From: a virus
Virus record (IMG/VR): IMGVR_UViG_3300044732_001099
Span: 22,967 to 86,966 of that record
DNA length: 64,000 nucleotides
Reading direction: 5' to 3' (one strand)
Shown here: one piece after another, positions 51,093-60,560 of the stretch
Position numbering within the stretch: the stretch's first letter is position 1
Layout: each line of letters opens with the position of its first letter
The notes under the pieces: generated by a model
Told to the model about the DNA's origin: nothing
What the model saw: the letters and a program-made list of their open reading frames with translations, nothing else
Database searches by the model: none
Made by a program: the position numbers and the translations under genes

Positions 51093-51096
51093 TTTC

Positions 51097-51474
<378 letters not shown>

Positions 51475-51570
51475 AATACATGAAATTAAAAGAGTTAGAT
51501 AATGATTTAACGCGGGGGTACGATACATTAAGTGCCCTCCCGTCTTTTTTCTTTTTCCTCTACCAAAAAC

Positions 51571-51602
51571 TTGCATAAAACGTACTATCTGTGTATATTG
51601 TG
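51571..51602 (+). promoter_or_regulatory. Putative rightward promoter
   Basis: TTGCAT-N17-TATATT; also TTG-N20-TATATTGTG, close to the Bacteroidota -33/-7 consensus; about 35 nt before ATG 51636. Confidence 0.5.
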
Positions 51603-51635
51603 CCATTATTCGTTCACTATTAAATCTATATTATT

Positions 51636-52142
51636 ATGCAGACTAGGGTAAATTATTATGTAAGGACTACTACTGGTGGTCATGTAAAGTTGGGTACATT
51701 GGTTACGACTAAAGATTGTCGGGTACCGGGGGTAGTTGAGGAGGTTGGAAGATTGTTGGGGGTAGATGGGTGGAACTGTTATGAGGTGAATGGGAAGATG
51801 GTTGTTGATGGCCCTGGTATTCCTAGTGAGAGTGTGTATGATTTTGTTGTTAGTCATACTGGTCAGGCTATGAGTTTGAGGTATGATGATGGTATTGATG
51901 TGAGTAAGTTTGTTGTACCGAAGATAGGGGGGTATAAATATATTGCACCGGTTGTTGGGGATGAGGTTGTTGAGTCGGATGAGGCTGGTGCTGCTCCTAG
52001 TGAGAGTGTTGGGGTGTTGAAAGAGCCTGATTATAGCAAAATGAAGAAGGCTGAGTTGCTGGAGATACTTGGTGATGATGGTGATGGTAGGTTGAGTAAG
52101 GCAGAGTTGGTAGAATTGATTGTTAATAAGTTAAAGAAGTAG
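51636..52142 (+). CDS. Hypothetical protein with C-terminal Rho_N/HeH-like domain
   Basis: C-terminus DYSKMKKAELLEIL...RLSKAELVELI. Confidence 0.65.
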   Translation: MQTRVNYYVRTTTGGHVKLGTLVTTKDCRVPGVVEEVGRLLGVDGWNCYEVNGKMVVDGPGIPSESVYDFVVSHTGQAMSLRYDDGIDVSKFVVPKIGGYKYIAPVVGDEVVESDEAGAAPSESVGVLKEPDYSKMKKAELLEILGDDGDGRLSKAELVELIVNKLKK

Positions 52143-52146
52143 GATT

Positions 52147-52449
52147 ATGATGTCTATATTGGAATATTTAGAATGGCGTGGTGTTAATGTTGATGACTTT
52201 AATGATCGTATGTGGTGGATTGGTTGGGAGGATGCTCATTGTATGGGTAGGAGTTATGATGGCTGGAAGTTGTTGAGCAGTAGCAACGATGGTAGCTATG
52301 AAAAGTACGCTGCATTGGTTGTTGATTACTTGCTTTATTGTAAGTCTGTTATTGAGAATGTTAGCAATCATTATGTTTTTAATGAGCCGGGGGTATCTTA
52401 TGAGGAAGTGATTGTTGGTAGTCAGAGGGGAGGGGCTTGTCATGAATAG
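52147..52449 (+). CDS. Hypothetical protein
   Basis: 100-aa ORF in the operon. Confidence 0.6.
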   Translation: MMSILEYLEWRGVNVDDFNDRMWWIGWEDAHCMGRSYDGWKLLSSSNDGSYEKYAALVVDYLLYCKSVIENVSNHYVFNEPGVSYEEVIVGSQRGGACHE

Positions 52450-52774
52450 GTCGTTTCTTGTTTACGGTGGCATTACTGCTGTGAGTTTGATATTTATGAT
52501 GTTGCAGATAGCTTTTACTAGGTATAGTATTGTTAAGGCTGACAAACTAGATGATCAGGTTACTAAGGTTATGCATGATTTACAGGTTTTGGATGTTGAG
52601 GTTAGGATGAGGGATAGTATGTTGGTTAGGAGTATTGAGAGTAGTTATAAGAAGATAGAGGAACTGACAGAAATTCGTAAGATGAACCAGAAGCAGATTG
52701 ATAGCTTACATGATGTTATTTTAGATGACATTAAGGAGATAGAGGATTTGAAAGATGACTTGTTAAAATGGTAG
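52442..52774 (+). CDS. N-terminal TM plus coiled-coil protein (spanin-like?)
   Basis: Start MNRSF at 52442; single TM followed by a heptad-rich region. Confidence 0.55.
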   Translation: MNRSFLVYGGITAVSLIFMMLQIAFTRYSIVKADKLDDQVTKVMHDLQVLDVEVRMRDSMLVRSIESSYKKIEELTEIRKMNQKQIDSLHDVILDDIKEIEDLKDDLLKW

Positions 52775-52805
52775 TGTTTATTTTTCACTTTTAAATATTT
52801 GTATT

Positions 52806-53642
52806 ATGTACGAAACTAAGGTTTATGATTTGCTCGTAACTAAGATGCGAGCTTTTTTTAGGGGCAGAGGGTTCAAGGAAGTTCCTACTCAATCAAGGTT
52901 ATCGATACTTGCGGCATGTGAGAATCCGCATAGTATTGCCACTTTTAATTACAATGGCGATATCTGGCCTTTACCGCAGACAGGACAGATGTGGTTAGAG
53001 CATGAGTTGCTTAATAATCCTGAATGGGATGGGGTGTATTGTATTAGTACGAGCTATAGGCAGGAGAAGAATCCGATACCTGGTCGTCATGAGTTGATAT
53101 TTCCTATGTTTGAGTTTGAGAGTAAGGGTAATATGAATGTGATGCTAGAGCTTGAAAAAGATTTGTTGCAGCAATTAGGGTTTAGCACTGGTGTTGATGT
53201 TGATTATGACGATATCTGTGTTGCCTATGGCACTGAGATTATCGAGAATGAGCATGAATCAAGGTTGAGAGAGGAGCAGGGCGATGTAGTATTTTTGAAA
53301 AACTTTCCATTGCGTACTAATCCTTTCTGGAACATGTACTGTAAGTATGCTGATATCTATGCTAAGTGTGATGTCATCATGTATGGGCAGGAGACTATTG
53401 GCTCGGCACAGAGAAGCAGTGATCCAGAGAAGATGCGTGAGAACTTTTATACAATTGAAGGTGGCAAGTATGCCGAGAAATTGTTTGAGTTGTTTACCGA
53501 GAAAAGAGTTGTTGCTGAACTAGATAAGTTTTTGCAGCATAAGTTCTTCGATCGTTTTGGTGGTGGCATAGGAATGACCAGACTAGCAAGAGCCTGGAAC
53601 ATCAAGGAGTTTGAAAACAAAATACAGGATGTCCGGATATGA
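52806..53642 (+). CDS. Class IIb aaRS paralogue (Asn/Asp-RS catalytic domain only); possible asparagine synthetase
   Basis: Motif 1 FFRGRGFKEVPT, LPQTGQMWLE, motif 2 SYRQE..RH..FPMFEFE, GQETIGSAQR, motif 3 GGGIGMTRL; no N-terminal anticodon-binding OB fold; 278 aa. Confidence 0.85.
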   Translation: MYETKVYDLLVTKMRAFFRGRGFKEVPTQSRLSILAACENPHSIATFNYNGDIWPLPQTGQMWLEHELLNNPEWDGVYCISTSYRQEKNPIPGRHELIFPMFEFESKGNMNVMLELEKDLLQQLGFSTGVDVDYDDICVAYGTEIIENEHESRLREEQGDVVFLKNFPLRTNPFWNMYCKYADIYAKCDVIMYGQETIGSAQRSSDPEKMRENFYTIEGGKYAEKLFELFTEKRVVAELDKFLQHKFFDRFGGGIGMTRLARAWNIKEFENKIQDVRI

Positions 53643-54100
53643 AAGTAATATTGTTTTTACTGTTTCCGCTACTGGCATATAGTCAGTTTGATACGGTTCA
53701 TGTGTATGGCGATATTAGCATATCCTATATGACAAGAAAAGATACGGTACTTATATCTACTAAAAAATGGAATGATGTGATTGGAATTATCAAGTCTAAA
53801 GAAAAGACTATTGGTGACTACAAGAGTATCATTGATAAGAATGAAAATACTATCAGATCTTTTGATTTCCAGATAGCAGAACACAAGAGTATAGAGCGAA
53901 CTTTAGAGGAACGAGTAGGTACTTACCAACGTGCGTACAATATGAGTTCTGATAAAATAACTGAGTTAAATAATCTTTGGCAGCAGGGAATGAAATATGC
54001 TAAAAATGAGCGAAAAAGAAATATCTTTATAGGGACAACCTGGGGTATTATCGGAGGATTTGCAGCAGGGATTATTACTACAGCTATTTTATTAAAGTGA
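53639..54100 (+). CDS. Signal peptide, coiled coil and C-terminal TM protein (spanin-like?)
   Basis: MKVILFLLFPLLAYS-Q; C-terminal IFIGTTWGIIGGFAAGIITTAILLK. Confidence 0.6.
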   Translation: MKVILFLLFPLLAYSQFDTVHVYGDISISYMTRKDTVLISTKKWNDVIGIIKSKEKTIGDYKSIIDKNENTIRSFDFQIAEHKSIERTLEERVGTYQRAYNMSSDKITELNNLWQQGMKYAKNERKRNIFIGTTWGIIGGFAAGIITTAILLK

Positions 54101-54103
54101 AAC

Positions 54104-54514
54104 ATGGAACTAGATTTGTATTTGGACATTGAGCCTATTGGTGCCGTAAGGACTACACAGAAACAGATGTATGCTGACAAGCGTTACAAGAAATATATGG
54201 CCTGGAAAGACGATATTAGAATCTTGTGGAATTCTGAACTTATTAAACTTGGAATAAAACCAGAAGAGTTTAAGTTTGATGAGATAAAAAGTATTACATT
54301 TGTAGTAACAATCCCAATGAGTATTACATTAAGCAAAGCAAAAATGAAAGAGCGGGTAGAAAGGGTTAATATGCCGCATCAGATGAAGCCGGATATTGAT
54401 AATATGCTCAAAGCTTTTATGGATGCCTTGATGAAAGAAGATAGTCATGTTCATACTATTGGTAGAATGACAAAAGTCTGGGGTGTACATGGACATATTA
54501 AAGTGGTCATATAG
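54104..54514 (+). CDS. rusA: RusA-family Holliday junction resolvase
   Basis: PHQMKPDIDNMLKAFMDALMKEDSHV...TKVWG. Confidence 0.88.
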   Translation: MELDLYLDIEPIGAVRTTQKQMYADKRYKKYMAWKDDIRILWNSELIKLGIKPEEFKFDEIKSITFVVTIPMSITLSKAKMKERVERVNMPHQMKPDIDNMLKAFMDALMKEDSHVHTIGRMTKVWGVHGHIKVVI

Positions 54515-54539
54515 TTTTGGTTTTAAAAGTGTTTCGATT

Positions 54540-54569
54540 TGCCTGAGTAAAAACTCGGGCATTTTTTTT
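54540..54569 (+). terminator. Intrinsic terminator
   Basis: TGCCTGAGT-AAAA-ACTCGGGCA then T8. Confidence 0.85.
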
Positions 54570-54615
54570 GCGGTATTAAATAATATTGTTATGTTCGCAC
54601 TATAAAAGCGATTCT

Positions 54616-55167
54616 ATGTTTTATCTTAATATGGGAGAAGTATGTGTTACTCCTGCAGGGCAAACGGTACCGGAATATATAGCTGTAAAAGGTGAGTTTC
54701 CAAAAGAGGTAAAGTTTGCACAGGTGATTACTTACATTTACTTTGTCTATACCAAGAAAGATAACCCTTACTGGCAACTGCCACCGGTAGAAAGAAGAGA
54801 GCAGGTCACTGCAAACTACGGACTGTTTAAAGACTGGTCCAACTGGAAAAACATAGAGAAAACGGAACAGGTTATTAACCTGATTGATTTCTACAAAAGA
54901 ATACAGTTGTCCGAAAACGATCTGAATGTCGATATGTTTAAGGCTAAAGCAGAGCACTGGAGAAAGATGTTAATGAGCATTGACAATACTCCCGAGGATG
55001 AACTGCAGATAGCTAAAGCATTAGAGGTATCTACTAGGTTGTGCGAAGAGTTTAAGTTAAAGTCTGAAATGGAAATAGGTAACGAGGAGCAGGAGGGATT
55101 GTCATTGTATTTATTTGAGATTCCTGAGAATAAAAAGCCGTATCACGCAAGAATGAAAATAAGTTAA
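54616..55167 (+). CDS. Hypothetical protein resembling conserved crAss-like packaging-region genes (possible TerS)
   Basis: YIYFVY..DNPY....ERREQV pattern, helical C-half; function is a guess. Confidence 0.45.
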   Translation: MFYLNMGEVCVTPAGQTVPEYIAVKGEFPKEVKFAQVITYIYFVYTKKDNPYWQLPPVERREQVTANYGLFKDWSNWKNIEKTEQVINLIDFYKRIQLSENDLNVDMFKAKAEHWRKMLMSIDNTPEDELQIAKALEVSTRLCEEFKLKSEMEIGNEEQEGLSLYLFEIPENKKPYHARMKIS

Positions 55168-55168
55168 T

Positions 55169-55858
55169 ATGGGATTATTCAACCATCATAGTGATTCTGT
55201 TATGTTTCAAAATCCATGTCCTCCTGGCTGTGAAACATGTTGTCCGCTAGATATACAACTAGCGTATGACCCCGTAACAAACATACTTACATTAACATAC
55301 ATTTACGATAATGCAACTGTAGCTAGAACTGTCAATCTTACAGATTTACAAGAACCATTAACTATTGGTCTTACTTTTAATCCTACTACAAATATTATTA
55401 CACTTGCCGGTACCTATGCCGGCATTCCTTTTAGTAGCAATATAGATATAAGTCATAGTTTTGATTTAGATCTTGTTTTAAATGGTACAATACTTGAACT
55501 TACTGGAGAACACGATGGGTCTTCAGTATTTACTTCTGTAGACTTAGCACCAATTATTCCTGTGCGTGGTCCATTATGTTACTGCGAAGACAACTTAGTT
55601 TATTATGGTGCTTCTGGTACATTGCTACTAACTGAATATATCATAGTAATAAATTCTGATGCAATTATTCTTACTTTGCCTGCAAATCCTTTGTTAGGAC
55701 AAATGTATAAGATATACTGCACAGATTTAACGGCAACAGTCAATGCCAATGTAGGACAAAGTATAGTTGGTAGTTTAGCTTCTGTTAGTATGGTAAATGG
55801 CGATGGAATGATATTTCAATATATTAAAACAAATCAGTGGGGCGTTATAAATCTATAA
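55169..55858 (+). CDS. Structural/decoration protein with Cys-rich leader
   Basis: CPPGCETCCP; repeated YDPVTNILTL / FNPTTNIITL / LNGTILEL beta units; ILTLPANP..GQ.Y.I C-terminal domain. Confidence 0.6.
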   Translation: MGLFNHHSDSVMFQNPCPPGCETCCPLDIQLAYDPVTNILTLTYIYDNATVARTVNLTDLQEPLTIGLTFNPTTNIITLAGTYAGIPFSSNIDISHSFDLDLVLNGTILELTGEHDGSSVFTSVDLAPIIPVRGPLCYCEDNLVYYGASGTLLLTEYIIVINSDAIILTLPANPLLGQMYKIYCTDLTATVNANVGQSIVGSLASVSMVNGDGMIFQYIKTNQWGVINL

Positions 55859-55862
55859 TCAT

Positions 55863-56351
55863 ATGAGTTTATTTTCAACAATACAAGTGTACGAGCAGGA
55901 TGGCGCTATAGTATTTAAAATTCCTGCAGATCCGGCACCATTTGCTGCATTTCCAAAAGGATCTATTAAGGTTCGAAGCTATGGAACATCAGGCTTTTTA
56001 TTTGAGCGCGAAGTAGATAGTACAGACATTGCTGCTGTAGAAGAAGCAGATGATATATTAGATATTACTTCTACGGCATATGGCGCAACAAGAGCTGATG
56101 TGTATGAACTGCTATATCCTATTTTGTCAACTACGTCAATGCTAGATGAACTTTCAGTGTTGGCTAACTTTGATATGATACCGGGTAACAATATTGATAT
56201 TACTTATTACCCTGGTGTTGATGCTGGAAATCCTACTGGCAATACAAACAACATTTATACCATTGTTTATTCAACTGGTGCGACTGTAGTAGCGACAAAA
56301 ACCTTATCGTATAATAATGCTGATAATGTTATTAGCGTAATCACAACTTAA
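55863..56351 (+). CDS. Putative structural protein
   Basis: 162 aa; C-terminal beta motif VVATKTLSYNNADNVISV. Confidence 0.55.
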   Translation: MSLFSTIQVYEQDGAIVFKIPADPAPFAAFPKGSIKVRSYGTSGFLFEREVDSTDIAAVEEADDILDITSTAYGATRADVYELLYPILSTTSMLDELSVLANFDMIPGNNIDITYYPGVDAGNPTGNTNNIYTIVYSTGATVVATKTLSYNNADNVISVITT

Positions 56352-56352
56352 T

Positions 56353-57834
56353 ATGCCGTATAAATTTAACCCCGTAACTGGAAAACTTGATTATTACGAA
56401 GCAGGAAGTGGTTCTGCTAATCTATCAACTGTATTAGGAAATGGCAATACATCAGGACCAAATGATATACAGTTTGATGCAACACAAGGTGTTTTGTTTA
56501 ACAATGGTTCAAGACTTAGAGAAGGAACTATTGATGCATTGCTTGGTGGAAGTAAAGGTATTGCTCAAATCTGCGCTGTTGGCTACGAGTTAAAGTGGGA
56601 AGCAGGGCGACAATATGTCATGGATGGTAATGGCATCTACATTAGACATTCTTTGTATAACTTTACTATAACTCCTACAGTAAATGATGATGTAACATTA
56701 GGTTATTTGCCTGGTAGTCGTTGGTCTTTAGATAATGGTGATACTTATGTGTGTACAGATGAAACTACAGGTGCTGCTGTTTGGATAAAAGAAGTTCCAC
56801 CTGGTGCTGGTAGTGGAGGTGGTGGTGTGTTTTATTATTTTAACTATGGTGACACAACAGGTATTTCTCCTACAACAGGATTGCCTACAAGTCCAGTTGC
56901 ACCAAGTCAATTAGGCATAAATTATAGCGTTGGTTCAGGTTCTATTACATCTGCTGATTTAACTCAAGGTTCTTATGACCTTGTTTGTGGATTTGTTACT
57001 ATTTTAGGAACTCCAGGAGTTACAGAAATTCCTGCAGGATTGTGGGATTTTAATATTTGGGCTGACATTTTAGGTGGTTCAGGTAATGCAAATCAAACAC
57101 AATTTCAGATTAGAGTTTACAAATATGATGGAGCAAATGCACCAACACTATTAGCAAGTTCTGACGATATTTATGTTTATGACCCTACAACAATAGCACA
57201 ATATATTGGCAATGTTACGATGCCACAAACAACAATACTTGCTACAGATAGAATTTATATTGAGTTGTGGGCACAAAAAAATGTTAATCAATCAAGACAA
57301 ATAAGATTTTATTTTAACTCAATACATCCATCTCATGTACACACAACAATACCAAGTGTAGCAGGAACTGGTTTAGTAAAAGTTGTAAGTGGTGTATATC
57401 AAAGTCCTGCAAGTTTATTAGTTGATGCTGATGTAGATGCAAGTGCTGGAATAGCTGTTAGTAAGTTAGCAGCTTTACCTGTAGAAATACAAGTTGCATG
57501 TTCAGATGAAACTACAGCATTAACAGCAGGAACTGCAAAAGTTACTTTTAGAATGCCACATGCTATGACAGTTACAAGTGTTAGAGCTTCTTTAACAACT
57601 GCACAAACAAGTGGTAGTATTTTTACAGTAGATATTAACGAAGATGGTGTATCAATATTGAGTACTAAACTTACTATAGATAATACAGAAAAAACAAGTA
57701 CAACGGCTGCTACAGCTCCTGTTATATCTGATACAGCATTGGCTGATGATGCAGAAATCACGATAGATGTAGACCAAATTGGAAATGGAACCGCTGCAGG
57801 TCTTAAACTTACTTTAATTGGAACAAGAGTATGA
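56353..57834 (+). CDS. Tail fibre / decoration protein (mosaic)
   Basis: MPYKFNPVTGKLD anchor, PTVNDD..GY..GS.W....YVC.D.TTGAAVW module, C-terminal SDETTALTAGT...TFRMP...GLKLTLIG module. Confidence 0.65.
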   Translation: MPYKFNPVTGKLDYYEAGSGSANLSTVLGNGNTSGPNDIQFDATQGVLFNNGSRLREGTIDALLGGSKGIAQICAVGYELKWEAGRQYVMDGNGIYIRHSLYNFTITPTVNDDVTLGYLPGSRWSLDNGDTYVCTDETTGAAVWIKEVPPGAGSGGGGVFYYFNYGDTTGISPTTGLPTSPVAPSQLGINYSVGSGSITSADLTQGSYDLVCGFVTILGTPGVTEIPAGLWDFNIWADILGGSGNANQTQFQIRVYKYDGANAPTLLASSDDIYVYDPTTIAQYIGNVTMPQTTILATDRIYIELWAQKNVNQSRQIRFYFNSIHPSHVHTTIPSVAGTGLVKVVSGVYQSPASLLVDADVDASAGIAVSKLAALPVEIQVACSDETTALTAGTAKVTFRMPHAMTVTSVRASLTTAQTSGSIFTVDINEDGVSILSTKLTIDNTEKTSTTAATAPVISDTALADDAEITIDVDQIGNGTAAGLKLTLIGTRV

Positions 57835-58619
57835 TAATAAATTCTTATATGTTTGGTCCAAGTTATGACCCAGATGCACAAGCATTTATTACTGCTGCAT
57901 CCTTAACAGATAATACTCAAAAAAATGCAATAAATACTTTAGTTATTAATTGCAAAGCTGCTGGTATTTGGACTAAAATGAAAGCTATATATCCTTTTGT
58001 TGGTGGTACAGCAAGTAGCCACAAATGGAATTTAAAAAATCCATTAGATACTAATGCAGCTTTTAGATTGGTGTTTTCAGGAGGATGGACACATAGTTCA
58101 ACAGGTGCAACACCTAATGGAACTAATGCTTATGCAAATACATTTTTTAATACAGATGATGTAACAACAACAGGTTTACAATCTTATGGAGTTTATTTAA
58201 GAACAAATCCAACTTTTGCAGTAAATACTACTGAAGCATCAACAGGATTGAGAAGTGGTATTTATTGGATTAGAGTAACTAATACATTGCCTACTAGTTC
58301 AAATATTAGGTCAGGAAATAGGACTGAAAATATTAGTGGGGTTACAGGTTTAATTGGTCATTCAAGAAGTACAGCAACACAATGGTATGTAAATAATAAT
58401 TCAACAATTTTAGTTGGTTCTACAACTGTAAGCACTTTATCTACTGAAACTGTAAATACATTTTCACTTGGTGCATATAATGATTTAGGCATTATTTCTA
58501 ATTTTAGTACACAACAATTGGCTTTTGCATTTTATGGTGAACCTTTGTTATCGTCTGAAATGACAAATTATTATACAGATATACAAACATTTCAAACAAC
58601 ACTCGGAAGACAAGTATGA
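57831..58619 (+). CDS. Putative fibre-associated beta-sandwich protein
   Basis: DPDAQAFITAA...WTKMKAIYPFVGGTASSHKWNLKNP...FQTTLGRQV; ATGA coupling. Confidence 0.6.
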   Translation: MIINSYMFGPSYDPDAQAFITAASLTDNTQKNAINTLVINCKAAGIWTKMKAIYPFVGGTASSHKWNLKNPLDTNAAFRLVFSGGWTHSSTGATPNGTNAYANTFFNTDDVTTTGLQSYGVYLRTNPTFAVNTTEASTGLRSGIYWIRVTNTLPTSSNIRSGNRTENISGVTGLIGHSRSTATQWYVNNNSTILVGSTTVSTLSTETVNTFSLGAYNDLGIISNFSTQQLAFAFYGEPLLSSEMTNYYTDIQTFQTTLGRQV

Positions 58620-58837
58620 CATACGTAGGACTATTAACAGAATCGCAAAAGAATGAGCTATTAGGTCAGCTATACGATGAAGATAGTTTTTTTAATCCCA
58701 TAACTGACTTGGACGAAAACTGGATAATTTCTGTTGAGGAAATGGAATTTTGTGTTAATCCTGAATTTCAATGGGTAAAAGATTTACCTTTGATTGAATA
58801 TACACCAAAACCTGAGCCTCCATTATTTGAAGAATAA
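58616..58837 (+). CDS. Small hypothetical protein (fibre-cluster accessory)
   Basis: 73 aa; ATGA overlap; paralogue of the next gene. Confidence 0.7.
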   Translation: MTYVGLLTESQKNELLGQLYDEDSFFNPITDLDENWIISVEEMEFCVNPEFQWVKDLPLIEYTPKPEPPLFEE

Positions 58838-58846
58838 ATATTAATT

Positions 58847-59056
58847 ATGTTAGGTGGTATATTAGATGAAGAAGAAAGATTATATTTGTCTGATAAGTTT
58901 TATGACGAATGTAAACCATTTACTCCTTTATTAGATGCAGAAGAAAATTGGATTATACCATTACATCAAATATTTGAAAACAAAAATATAGACTGTTGGT
59001 GGGTAAAACATTTGCCAATAGTTGAGTTTAAATTACATAATAAATTTCAAAACTAA
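58847..59056 (+). CDS. Small hypothetical protein, paralogue of 58616-58837
   Basis: Shared G.L....YDE...F.P..D..ENWII......WVK.LP..E pattern. Confidence 0.7.
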   Translation: MLGGILDEEERLYLSDKFYDECKPFTPLLDAEENWIIPLHQIFENKNIDCWWVKHLPIVEFKLHNKFQN

Positions 59057-59356
59057 ATGAAATCCTTATTGTTACAAGTTCCCCAAGAAATAAGTTACCT
59101 AACAAATTATGGTATTTTAGGTGTGTTTGCTATTCTAATGATTGGCGTCATATACTTTATGGGAAAACAGTTTTTAGCTTTGCATAAGAAAAACGAAGCA
59201 AGAATACAGGAGTTAGAAAAACGACATGACCAATATATGACCGAAGATCGTGTAAAGCTTATTGACACGGTAAATAGTAATAATAATGTTATTGAGAATA
59301 ATACAGCAATGATGAAAAAACTTCTTAACCTAGTTGAAAGACTTGAAAAAAACTAA
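59057..59356 (+). CDS. Putative holin (BhlA-like: single TM plus coiled coil)
   Basis: LTNYGILGVFAILMIGVIYFMG followed by a coiled coil. Confidence 0.6.
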   Translation: MKSLLLQVPQEISYLTNYGILGVFAILMIGVIYFMGKQFLALHKKNEARIQELEKRHDQYMTEDRVKLIDTVNSNNNVIENNTAMMKKLLNLVERLEKN

Positions 59357-59361
59357 CTAAT

Positions 59362-59631
59362 ATGTTTAACTTCCTTAAAGAAAGTACCGATATTTCAAGT
59401 ATGCGAGTAACACTGCTTCTCGGAACGCTGTGTGTGTGTTTATTATGTGTAGGTATCTTTATTTACCTTATCATTCACGCTACAAAATGCACTGCATTAG
59501 ATTGGTCTGGAATGTCAATCTTTTTGACTAGCTTGGCAGCATTTACCGGAACGTTGCTTTACGGAAAGGTACAGCAGAAAAAAGTAGAAAAATCTAATCT
59601 TGACAATCAAAACATAGAACAAAATGGCTAG
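59362..59631 (+). CDS. Putative holin (two TM)
   Basis: ISSMRV motif, two hydrophobic helices, charged tail GKVQQKKVE. Confidence 0.6.
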   Translation: MFNFLKESTDISSMRVTLLLGTLCVCLLCVGIFIYLIIHATKCTALDWSGMSIFLTSLAAFTGTLLYGKVQQKKVEKSNLDNQNIEQNG

Positions 59632-60067
59632 AATGTTTAACTCAAATAAAGTACGTTCTTTCTTTCAAAAGAAAAAACAAATACTTGTAGACGGTTGCTG
59701 CGAAGTTACAGAACCTTGTTGCCCTAATGTAATTTTAGGAAGATATAAAGTTTATTTTAATGATGACATTGTTCCAGTAGAAATAACTGATGGACTTTCA
59801 TTTTATAAAACACTTGCAAATGGAACAAAATGGGTATTTTATTTAGAAACTATAGGACCGGTTGATGTTGATATTATTAATATACTTGTTACACCATCTG
59901 TACTTAATACGCTTGTAAATAGTCCAGGTACTGCTGTATACCCACCAGGTATGGGTTTTTATCCTATAATTCAATCTGCTGCTGGTTTTGCTGGAGGCAA
60001 CTTTACAGTGACAATTGTAACAGATAGTGGAAACTTTACTTTTACTGCAAACATAACAATAATATAA
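59624..60067 (+). CDS. Putative virion decoration protein, CC-x5-CC leader plus Ig-like domain
   Basis: DGCCEVTEPCCP; beta-rich C-part. Confidence 0.55.
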   Translation: MARMFNSNKVRSFFQKKKQILVDGCCEVTEPCCPNVILGRYKVYFNDDIVPVEITDGLSFYKTLANGTKWVFYLETIGPVDVDIINILVTPSVLNTLVNSPGTAVYPPGMGFYPIIQSAAGFAGGNFTVTIVTDSGNFTFTANITII

Positions 60068-60069
60068 CT

Positions 60070-60558
60070 ATGGCAATCTTTTCTAAAAACGCTAACCGCG
60101 CTGCTTTATTTGGCAAGCAAAAATTATATGACAAATGTTGTACTTCAGAAGTAGAAGAGTGTTGCTATTCAACAGATCCTTTACCAAGACCTCCATGTCA
60201 AGAATGTGGAATGAATATAGATAAGTATATGATAATAGATGGAGTAGAATATGAATTTGGAACTCCTGGTTTATCATTTGACATATCATTGTTACCATTT
60301 ACTATTGAAGTGTATTTTGAAAATACAAATCCTTTATGTAATGCTAATTTTCAAGAAAAAATAACAGGAGACACAAGTGAACCAAATGTAACTATTAATA
60401 CACAAGGATTATCAGTAATAGCGCCAAATTCTACTGAACTAATAGCAACAGTAAATGTAACCAATGGAGTCATTGCAGGAACATATTCTTTTGATATTTA
60501 TTATAAGATTTGTGATGATAATTACGTTATAACACAATCATTTGAAATAACTGATTAA
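60070..60558 (+). CDS. Putative virion decoration protein, CC-x6-CC leader plus Ig-like domain
   Basis: DKCCTSEVEECCY; AGTYSFDIYYKIC. Confidence 0.55.
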   Translation: MAIFSKNANRAALFGKQKLYDKCCTSEVEECCYSTDPLPRPPCQECGMNIDKYMIIDGVEYEFGTPGLSFDISLLPFTIEVYFENTNPLCNANFQEKITGDTSEPNVTINTQGLSVIAPNSTELIATVNVTNGVIAGTYSFDIYYKICDDNYVITQSFEITD

Positions 60559-60560
60559 TA

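Noticed and set aside
51475-51857. Extended 51097-51606 ORF and the 51606-51857 minus ORF
   Set aside because: They cross the hairpin/promoter region or shadow the 51636 gene; composition reflects local skew
52806-53642. Canonical asparaginyl-tRNA synthetase (asnS)
   Set aside because: Anticodon-binding domain is absent and the upstream ORFs do not supply it
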